A stretch of 63,768 bases of DNA from a virus. Lineage: Duplodnaviria > Caudoviricetes. Shown in pieces: positions 10,862 to 18,909 of this stretch. Location: positions 1-63,768 of IMG/VR virus record IMGVR_UViG_3300036398_002458; one strand, given 5' to 3'. The position numbers and the translations under genes were made by a program. A model generated the notes under the pieces. It ran no database searches and had not been told where the DNA came from. It worked only from the letters and a program-made list of their open reading frames with translations. Every line of letters begins with the position of its first letter. The first letter of the stretch is position 1.

Positions 10862-12535
10862 ATGCCCGCACCAAATCTCGTTCAGATCCAACGCGACCTG
10901 CAAATGCTGCCCCCTGGGCCGCAGACGATGATGTACCTCAAACGCGCCAAAGACGGTATGGTGGCGTCTGTGCCTCCGTACTTGGCCGCTGCGGAACTTG
11001 CAGGGCGCGAAAAAATGGCGCAGCGTCAGGCTATGTCCGACGGTGCCGTACCGGGCGAGCAGCCCACGGTCTCGCAGCAGTTGTCGCAGAAGGCTGATCT
11101 TTTGGCGCTTCAGGCCATGAAGAAGCAGGCCATGGAGCAGCAGTCTGCGAACCAAGCCAGGGAAGCCGTGATGCCCGCTCCCGAAGGCACACCTGAGCCC
11201 AAAGAACAGCCCCGCCGCGAAGGCGGTATTGACCAGTTGCCGGTTGACTTCGGTCTGGCTGGCGGCGGTATCGTGGCGTTCACCCCGGGCGGTACTGTCT
11301 CTACGGAAGCAGAAGACATCAGCGGTATGTTGCCGCAAGCGGGTCAACTGCCAAAGACCCGCAAGCAATTAGAAGAAGAACGTCAGCGCGAAGAACGTCA
11401 GCGCGAAGAGGCTGAGCGCATGGCGTTCCTTGAAGCAAGTGCCCCTGAGTTGGCGGCGCGTATGAAAGCCGAACAAGCCGCGAGAAAGCAAGCCGTTAAT
11501 TCGTTTGTTGCGCCAACCGGAAACATGCAACAAATCGAGGCTGCGGCGCAACAGCGTCCCCCCGCTGCGCCTCCGGCCCCGCCCCAACAGCGTCCTCCCG
11601 CCGCCCCTGCGGCTCAAGCGGCCCAAGCGGCCCAAGCGGCCCAAGCGGCTCCCGCTGCGCCTTCGCCTCAGCAGACTATTGAGTCTGCCCTCATGCAGCG
11701 TCTTGGTCTCACCCCCGGCGGCGCCGGTCTGCCCGCAGCACTTGGCGCTCCGGCACAAGCCCCCACCATGGCCGGTACGGCGGGAGACGTTAAGGCAGCA
11801 CAAGCCCAGTTTGGGCTCAACGCTCCCATGGGCGCGGAAGAGCGCGAGATGATTGCGCAGATGCGTGCACGCCACGCGCAGCAAGAGCAAGAACGAGCCC
11901 GCATGGGACTCAAGGCTGTGCTCGGCGGTTTTAGCCGTGGCTACGGCGGCGCAGCGGCCTCAGAGGCGGAGTTCAAACAGCGTGCGTATGCTGAGGACAT
12001 GCAGCATCAGCAGCAGATGTACAACCTCATCAACGCTCTCAACACCGGCAACCGCAAAGAGGCTGAGAAGGCGTTTGAGAAAACCGTTGGGTTGCAGCAG
12101 CAGCGCGAAACGGACCTGCGTTCAAAGTCCAATACCGAACTGCAAGCCTTGACAAGTATGTACGGCAACATGCTTCAAGCAGGCAGCAGCAGGTACAACA
12201 CGGATATGCATTTCAAGGCGGCTATGCTGCAAGCAGCCCGGGCCGAGGCAAGCGGAAACCGGGCCGACAAGGAGCAGTCCATCAATACGCTTCGTGTTTT
12301 GTTGGATGGACAAGTAAAGGAACTTACCGGAATCTCCGCAGAACTTCGCGCCACTCAGGTCGGGCCCGCACGTAAGGAAATCAAGGAACGCTACGATCGC
12401 GTGGAGAGAGAATTGAACGAGACGCGAGCAAGACTCAAACGTCTTGAAGGGGTGCCAGATGATGCTCCTACCTCCGGCACTGCTCCTACCACTGCCACTA
12501 AGGGTCGCGTGGTCAACTGGGCTGACATCAAGTAA
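10862..12535 (+). CDS. Putative internal virion protein, 557 aa
   Basis: Ala/Gln-rich helical protein with FGLAGGGIVAF motif; lies between the other ejection-type genes. Confidence 0.65.
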   Translation: MPAPNLVQIQRDLQMLPPGPQTMMYLKRAKDGMVASVPPYLAAAELAGREKMAQRQAMSDGAVPGEQPTVSQQLSQKADLLALQAMKKQAMEQQSANQAREAVMPAPEGTPEPKEQPRREGGIDQLPVDFGLAGGGIVAFTPGGTVSTEAEDISGMLPQAGQLPKTRKQLEEERQREERQREEAERMAFLEASAPELAARMKAEQAARKQAVNSFVAPTGNMQQIEAAAQQRPPAAPPAPPQQRPPAAPAAQAAQAAQAAQAAPAAPSPQQTIESALMQRLGLTPGGAGLPAALGAPAQAPTMAGTAGDVKAAQAQFGLNAPMGAEEREMIAQMRARHAQQEQERARMGLKAVLGGFSRGYGGAAASEAEFKQRAYAEDMQHQQQMYNLINALNTGNRKEAEKAFEKTVGLQQQRETDLRSKSNTELQALTSMYGNMLQAGSSRYNTDMHFKAAMLQAARAEASGNRADKEQSINTLRVLLDGQVKELTGISAELRATQVGPARKEIKERYDRVERELNETRARLKRLEGVPDDAPTSGTAPTTATKGRVVNWADIK

Positions 12536-12541
12536 TACGCC

Positions 12542-15500
12542 ATGGCCTACTCAATTCGCTTGCCTGACGGCACTCTGGTTGAAGGGATCCCCGATGAAGT
12601 TACGCCAGAGCAAGCCAAGGCGCGAATTCTGGCGTCGCGCCCGGAGTTAGCCCCCACACCCAAAGCCGCGCCGTTCTCTCTGCGAGACGTGGCCCTGTCT
12701 TTGGGCCAAGGTGCCGTTGGCGGCGTCAAGGCCCTGACCGATGTGTTCGGTGCAGGCAACGTAGCCTCCGAAACCTTGGAGCGCGGTCAACGCGCACTGG
12801 GCGAAGCCATGACGCCCGAGCGTCAGGCAGAGTTGCAGCGGCGTGCCCAGATGGCAAAAGCCGCTGAAGAGCAAGGTGTTGGCGCGGAAGTCAGCACGGC
12901 TCTGGGCGGCGTGGCCGAAGCGCCCCTGCAAAGCGCGGCGCAAGCGGTGGGTTCGTTCCTACCCTTCATGCTTGCGGCCCCGGTCGGCGCTGCGGCCAAA
13001 CTGCTGCCCGCCACCATGAAGGCCATCAACACTGTGATCGGTACTGCACAGGGTGTGGGCGCCGTCAAGGGCTCTATCTACGACTCTGTAAAAGAACGTC
13101 TGGTATCCGAAGGGATGCCGGAGCAACTGGCTGAGCAGCAGGCACAGGCCGCGCAAGCCTATACGGGCAAGAACCTCGAACAGATCGGTCTGGGCGGCGC
13201 ACTGGGCGCTGTGGCCGGTAGGTTCGGTGCAGAAAGTTTGCTGTCCAAGGCCGGGGCCCAACAGGCGGCTCCCGGCATGCTGCGTCGTGCAGGCACGGCA
13301 GCGTTGGCCGAAGCCCCTACGGAAGCCGCACAGGGCGGTCAGGAACGCATGGCAGCCAACATTGCGTTGCAGCGTGAAGGGTTTAACGTCCCGACGTTCC
13401 AAGGCGTAGCCGGTCAGGCTGCGCAAGAAGCCGCCATGGGCGCCCTTGGCGGTGCTGCGGTTGGTGCTGTTCGCGGGCCCGAGGTCCAACCTCCCCCTGC
13501 TCCTCCCGCACCGCCCGCTCCTCCTGCTCCGGCCCCGGCACCCGCTGCCCCCGCCGTAGATCTCACCAAGTCGTACGGAGAACTTTGGAAGCAGCGCGAA
13601 GAACTGCGGGCTGCGGAAAAGACGCCAGAGATCGAGGCGGCTATTGGCCAACTGTCGCAGCGGATTCGGGAACTGGACACCGAGGGCATCAATGCTGCAC
13701 GGCAGCAAAAAGCCCAGGAGCAGGCTGATGCAGAGAAGGCAGCGCGCAGCGCCTTCACGCAGCCCGGTCAGCAGATGGAGATGCGGGAGTTCCTGCCTCC
13801 TGGCGGCGCCCAACTTGCAACCGAAGTCGAAACCGAACCCACACTGCGTGAGCAGCGCGCAGAGTACCGCCAAGATCGTCGGGAGTTGCGTGAGCAGGGG
13901 CAGATGCGCCTGCCATTCCGCTACACGGGCGAGGGAGAACCCACGTCTACTACGCCGCCCCCGGCGCCGCGCATCTATATGCCGGACATCGAAGCCGTTG
14001 GCGTGCCGTTCAAGACCGCAAAGGATTGGTTCAACCGTAACGTCGTCAACCGCACCAAGGAAGATGTCGCTGCTCTTGTGCAGCAGGATCCTTCTCTGGT
14101 AAAAGGTCAGGGGTCGCGGGCCAAGATTCTCCGTGCCTTGTTGGGCCCGGACGTACCCGCATTCAAGGAGGCCCCCCGTGGAGCGCCAACGTCAGCACCT
14201 GTTAGTGCAAAACCTCAGCCCGGAGGAGATCAGCGAGGCATGGGCGTACCTAGCGCGCCTCCCGTCGCCGGACCTCCCGCAGCCGCTGCTCCCGCCGCAC
14301 CTAAAAGACCTGTCGCCCCTAGATTGGCACCTGTTGCACCACCTGCTCCAGCAGGAGTTGCAGGAGAGGGACAGCAGCCCCTTGCACTGACTCCGGCTCC
14401 GGCCCCCGTTGCGCCTGTAGAAGATACCCGCACGGCGGCTGAGGTTCAGACTGCGATCGACTCGCTGCGCAACAAGCAGCGCGGACTGCTGCTCAAGAGC
14501 GGCAAGGTGCCGATGCCCAACTCCAAGGCGCGTAGTTCCTACGATGCTTTGGAAACCCAGGTGCAGGAACTGATCCCCGTCTACGACCGCAAGGCCGAGG
14601 AAGAGCGCCAGCGTGACGCCGCCGAGATGCAGCGTCGCTTGGACGAGCAGCAGAAGAAGACTGCGGAAGGCAAACGTAAGGCACACCCTGCGGCTGCCCC
14701 GACTCCGGCCAAGCCCACGCCGCCCATCTCCGAAGAGATGCGCGAGCCCATCGGCACGTCCACGTTTGGCATGGAAGAAGGCGAGGTCGAGATCCGTCGT
14801 GGCCCGCAGGCTGAGTTGTTCCCGTCAAGCAAGGCTGAAACGCGCAAGCGCGCCGAGGCCGCTGATGAGCGCGAACGCGCCGCTGCCGAAGAGCCCGCCG
14901 CCGAAGTCCCTGCCGTTGATGAGCGGCAGATGGTATTCGACCTTCAACCCCGCGCCGAACCGACGGTGCCTGCCTGGGCAGACGAGCGGGCCAAAGAATT
15001 CACGGGCGGCAAGGCTGTTTACGCTGAGGGCGATGTTGCCCTGGTGCGCAGTACAAATCGGTTTGGCTTCATCACATATATTGCGGTCCACAAGGACGGA
15101 CGTGCTGAGCGGGTGGATGTTCGCTCATCTACTAGCCCCCTGCTGACCGCAGAGGAACGTGCTAGGTTCGTTGAGGCCCGCAACCGCGCCGTTGATGCTG
15201 ATGCCGCTGAGTACGCCGCCAACCCGGACGGCCCGTTTGCCGGTGCGGCAACCAACGTGGTTGGGTCTGACGGTATCTCCAAAAAGTACACCGACTACTT
15301 GGCCGAACTCACGAAGTCTCTGGGTATTGGCGATGTGCGGTTCTTCGTGCACAACGGCGCGGATCTGGATGGGGAAACCGACCGCTACGGATTCCATGGC
15401 CCGTACTTGTCGGGCCTCAACACAACCAACGAATCCTCATCTACCAACGGGTCTGTGGTTTCTTTTGGCCCCAACCGCAACGACTTCATCATCTACCTCA

Positions 15501-18500
15501 AGCCGGAGATGAGTGAGACCAAAACGCTCGAAGTCATTGCACACGAACTCGGCCACGCCATTCAGCAGATCGCCTACGACAACGCTCCAACGCAAGTGCA
15601 GTTCGCCATTCGTAAGGAGTACGAGGCATGGCTGAAGGAGAACAAGAAACCCGGACACACGGCCATTGACCTTGCGCACAACTTGCGCACCAGGGAGCAG
15701 GCCCAAGACATCGAAGCGTCGCTCCGGGCACGGGGCAAGGCCGAGATGACCGCTGACGCCATGGACAACGTGGATTCGTACTGGCGTTCGTTTAGTGAAT
15801 GGTTTGCAGACAACACGGCGCGGTGGGCCACCACTGCGGACAAGCCGCTGACCATCACCGAGAAATTCTTCTCCCAGGTTGCGCAGAAGTTGCGTGACCT
15901 GCTGCGCATCGTCACGGGACGGCAGTACCTGCCCGCCAAGACGGTCAAGGACTTCTTGGATTCGATGGGCCCTGGCTCATCGAAGATGTGGTTCGAAGAC
16001 ACCACCCGCACGGAACAGGCGCCGCAGAAGCAGTTCTCCCTGTCCTACGGCGCACAGCAGATCATCGACGCTATGGGTCCGATCGAGCCCGAGCGCATGC
16101 CTTGGTACAAGGCCATGGTGCAGGGCATCACGACCCAGCCCGGGGATCCGACTCTTGGCACCAAGTTCCGCGTCATGATGGCGGACTCGGCTGCGGCTGT
16201 GGAGCAGCGCCTTCAGGCCAAGTTCAACGGCGCCGTGCGGGACGCGTTGGGCAACCTCAACCCCATGGGTGCACTGCGGCAGGCGCAGGACTACGTAAAA
16301 CTCCTGCCGGAATACTTCCAGAAAGGCTCGATCGAGAAAGATCCGACGACCGGGCTGTGGAAGGTAGTTGAGAAGAAGGACGTGCCTCCCCCAGTCGAAG
16401 TGTTTGCGGCTTTGGAAAAGTGGTCCAAGAAGAACGGCTACTCGATGGAAGGCGGTACCCGTGCGGCAAGCCGCATCCTCGAAGCCATGCGCTTGAAGGA
16501 GTTGCTGAAGTCCAACCAGACGAAGGGCACCGAGTTCGTTATCCACATGCCGGAGGCCGACATCGACGCCCTGGCAAAAGAGTACAACGCCGACCCCGAC
16601 CTGCAAGAGATCAGCGCGCTGATGGACAAGGCCCGTATCGCCATGGTGGACAACATGGTTGCCGTGGGGCGACTGTCTAAGGCCGAGGGCGATGCGTGGA
16701 AGTCGGTAGTCAACTACGTGCCGTTTGACCGCATATCGGATGAGATCTCCTCGTTCGATCGCATCAAGAAACTGTCTGGCAAGGGCGTGGCGCAGTTGGG
16801 CAAACTGCCAGAACTGGTCGGCTCCCTGGAGCGCCCGGTGGGCAACGTGTTCACCAACTACGCAAACACGCTCGGTTGGATGCTGCGGCAGACAACCAAC
16901 GCCGACGCCACGCGCACCACGATCGAAGTCATGGAAAGCATGGGCTTGGCCAAACCGCTTGGCACAACCACGCAGCACAAAGACAACACCGTCGGCGCGT
17001 ACGTGGATGGAGAACTTCGGTACTGGCAAGTGCCGAGCAAGTACGACGTGCTGGCGTTCAAGGATCTGACGCTGCCCAAGAGCGGGCTGATGAAGTTCCT
17101 CGGGGCGTTCTCCAACGTGCTGCGCACCACGGTTACCGCACTGCCGCCTTTCGCGCTCAAGCAGGTGGCAGACGACGTGCAACGCGCCATCTTCACGTCA
17201 GGCGTTCGCAACCCGGGCCCCATGATCCGCATGGCTCTGACGAACTTCCCGAAGATCGCCCTGGCCGAAATGCGCGGCATCAAGCATCCCATCGTGCGGG
17301 AACTGGGCGACCTGGGCCTGACCGGCGAGTACGACTTCCAACAGGGACGCCCTGCCGAGTCGCTGCTCAAAGAAGCGGGCTACATGAAGCGTGGTCGGTT
17401 CGAGACTTTGCTGCATCGACTGGATGGCATTACGCGGGCATCCGACATCGCGGTGCGCAAGGCCATCTACGATCAGACCAAGCGCGAGACGAACGACGAG
17501 TTGCTGGCCCAGGTGCGGGCCCGAGAGTTCATCAACTTCCGTCGGCGCGGAGCAAGTAACTTCGCCGCTTCGCTCACGTCCACCATCCCGTTCTTCAACG
17601 CCTACATCCAGGGTACCGACGTGCTGTACCGTGCGGCCACCGGCCAAGCGGCAGCATCAGGGCTTGAAAGAACCGCCGCCCGTCGGCTGTTCTGGAGCCG
17701 CGCGGCCATGCTCACTGCGTTCGCTACGCTGTATGCCCTCGGCAAGTCCGACGACGAGGACTACAAGGACATGGACCTGCGCACCCGGGACGGCAACTGG
17801 ATCTTGGGCGACGGCCTGAAGATCGGGGTGCCGACCGAACTGGGCGCCATCTTCAAGGTGATCCCGGAGCGCATGGTCGAATACTACAAGCGCAAGGGTA
17901 CGCCGGAGGAGCAGGAGGCCATGGAGGCTGTCCGCACCGCTGTGGCTTACATCGCGGAGCAATACTTCGGACGCGCCATGCCGATCCCGCAGGCTGCCAA
18001 GCCGCTGCTTGAGGCATGGACCAACTTCTCGTTCCTGACCATGCGCCCCCTGGAAGGCATCTTCCAGAAGGGCCAACTGCCCAGTGAGCGCCGCACGGCC
18101 ACAACCAGTGAACTGGCAATCGCCATGGCAGGATTTAGCCGGGATATGGTTGGCGTTCAGATCTCCCCGATCATGATCGACAACGTGCTGCGCGGGTACT
18201 TCGGCTCTACGGCGGCCATGGTCACCATGGCAACGGACAGCCTGCTGAACCCGACGCGAGTCGATCGCCCCCTGCACAAGTACGCGTTGCTGTCGAACTA
18301 CCTGTACGACCCGGTTGGCACCCGTCAACTCTCGGAGTTCTACGAAGAGCGCGAAAAGGTTGGGCAGATCAACGCTACGCTCAACGAGTTGGCAAAGACG
18401 GATCCCGTACGTGCCGAAGCGTTTGCCATAGAAAACGAAGACCGCCTCATGCTAGAACGGTCGATCAACGCTACGCTGAACCAGTTGAAAGACACCCGCG

Positions 18501-18661
18501 CGTACCGCAAATATCTCAACAGCCCGATCGGGGCCGAAGAGATGTCCAAGGACGAGCGGGAGCGCGAACTGGAAGAGATCCGCAAGTTGGAAGCCGAACT
18601 CACCGGGTGGCTGCGAGAAGCCAAGACGGAGATCCGCAAAGCGGGTCGGATGGCGGTCTAG
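12542..18661 (+). CDS. Large polyvalent-type internal virion protein (zincin HExxH domain, LPD38-like C-terminus), 2039 aa
   Basis: VIAHELGHAIQ metallopeptidase motif with downstream SFSEWFA; INFRRRGA..IPFFNAYIQG and RDGNWIL..KIGVPTELG segments typical of LPD38-region proteins. Confidence 0.7.
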   Translation: MAYSIRLPDGTLVEGIPDEVTPEQAKARILASRPELAPTPKAAPFSLRDVALSLGQGAVGGVKALTDVFGAGNVASETLERGQRALGEAMTPERQAELQRRAQMAKAAEEQGVGAEVSTALGGVAEAPLQSAAQAVGSFLPFMLAAPVGAAAKLLPATMKAINTVIGTAQGVGAVKGSIYDSVKERLVSEGMPEQLAEQQAQAAQAYTGKNLEQIGLGGALGAVAGRFGAESLLSKAGAQQAAPGMLRRAGTAALAEAPTEAAQGGQERMAANIALQREGFNVPTFQGVAGQAAQEAAMGALGGAAVGAVRGPEVQPPPAPPAPPAPPAPAPAPAAPAVDLTKSYGELWKQREELRAAEKTPEIEAAIGQLSQRIRELDTEGINAARQQKAQEQADAEKAARSAFTQPGQQMEMREFLPPGGAQLATEVETEPTLREQRAEYRQDRRELREQGQMRLPFRYTGEGEPTSTTPPPAPRIYMPDIEAVGVPFKTAKDWFNRNVVNRTKEDVAALVQQDPSLVKGQGSRAKILRALLGPDVPAFKEAPRGAPTSAPVSAKPQPGGDQRGMGVPSAPPVAGPPAAAAPAAPKRPVAPRLAPVAPPAPAGVAGEGQQPLALTPAPAPVAPVEDTRTAAEVQTAIDSLRNKQRGLLLKSGKVPMPNSKARSSYDALETQVQELIPVYDRKAEEERQRDAAEMQRRLDEQQKKTAEGKRKAHPAAAPTPAKPTPPISEEMREPIGTSTFGMEEGEVEIRRGPQAELFPSSKAETRKRAEAADERERAAAEEPAAEVPAVDERQMVFDLQPRAEPTVPAWADERAKEFTGGKAVYAEGDVALVRSTNRFGFITYIAVHKDGRAERVDVRSSTSPLLTAEERARFVEARNRAVDADAAEYAANPDGPFAGAATNVVGSDGISKKYTDYLAELTKSLGIGDVRFFVHNGADLDGETDRYGFHGPYLSGLNTTNESSSTNGSVVSFGPNRNDFIIYLKPEMSETKTLEVIAHELGHAIQQIAYDNAPTQVQFAIRKEYEAWLKENKKPGHTAIDLAHNLRTREQAQDIEASLRARGKAEMTADAMDNVDSYWRSFSEWFADNTARWATTADKPLTITEKFFSQVAQKLRDLLRIVTGRQYLPAKTVKDFLDSMGPGSSKMWFEDTTRTEQAPQKQFSLSYGAQQIIDAMGPIEPERMPWYKAMVQGITTQPGDPTLGTKFRVMMADSAAAVEQRLQAKFNGAVRDALGNLNPMGALRQAQDYVKLLPEYFQKGSIEKDPTTGLWKVVEKKDVPPPVEVFAALEKWSKKNGYSMEGGTRAASRILEAMRLKELLKSNQTKGTEFVIHMPEADIDALAKEYNADPDLQEISALMDKARIAMVDNMVAVGRLSKAEGDAWKSVVNYVPFDRISDEISSFDRIKKLSGKGVAQLGKLPELVGSLERPVGNVFTNYANTLGWMLRQTTNADATRTTIEVMESMGLAKPLGTTTQHKDNTVGAYVDGELRYWQVPSKYDVLAFKDLTLPKSGLMKFLGAFSNVLRTTVTALPPFALKQVADDVQRAIFTSGVRNPGPMIRMALTNFPKIALAEMRGIKHPIVRELGDLGLTGEYDFQQGRPAESLLKEAGYMKRGRFETLLHRLDGITRASDIAVRKAIYDQTKRETNDELLAQVRAREFINFRRRGASNFAASLTSTIPFFNAYIQGTDVLYRAATGQAAASGLERTAARRLFWSRAAMLTAFATLYALGKSDDEDYKDMDLRTRDGNWILGDGLKIGVPTELGAIFKVIPERMVEYYKRKGTPEEQEAMEAVRTAVAYIAEQYFGRAMPIPQAAKPLLEAWTNFSFLTMRPLEGIFQKGQLPSERRTATTSELAIAMAGFSRDMVGVQISPIMIDNVLRGYFGSTAAMVTMATDSLLNPTRVDRPLHKYALLSNYLYDPVGTRQLSEFYEEREKVGQINATLNELAKTDPVRAEAFAIENEDRLMLERSINATLNQLKDTRAYRKYLNSPIGAEEMSKDERERELEEIRKLEAELTGWLREAKTEIRKAGRMAV
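14178..14390 (+). CDS. Putative overprinted small protein, 70 aa, in an alternative frame inside the 2039-aa gene
   Basis: Perfect AAGGAGG (14165-14171) 6 nt before GTG 14178; amphipathic product ending SSPLH. Confidence 0.55.
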   Translation: MERQRQHLLVQNLSPEEISEAWAYLARLPSPDLPQPLLPPHLKDLSPLDWHLLHHLLQQELQERDSSPLH

Positions 18662-18909
18662 TTCATGCGCCAGACGCGCACCCCGTAGCGACCATACTCG
18701 CGCCGGGTGCGCAGTTCGACTATGTAGCCATGGTGCCGCACTGCGTCGCGTATGGCCCGCTTGACCTGTGCAATCGTGCCCGTGGTGGGCAGGAAGAACG
18801 ACGCGCCAAGCGTCAGTTTTTCCCAGTAGACGTAGTATTCAACGTCCTGCACCACCACTAAGCGGAAGTCATGCGGCTTGCCCGGCGGCTTGGCTTTGGT
18901 CCTGGGCAT
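18658..18909 (-). CDS. Hypothetical protein
   Basis: WEKLTLGASFFLP..GVRVWR; last gene of the minus arm. Its stop overlaps the stop of the converging plus-strand gene. Confidence 0.7.
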   Translation of the reverse strand: MPRTKAKPPGKPHDFRLVVVQDVEYYVYWEKLTLGASFFLPTTGTIAQVKRAIRDAVRHHGYIVELRTRREYGRYGVRVWRMN

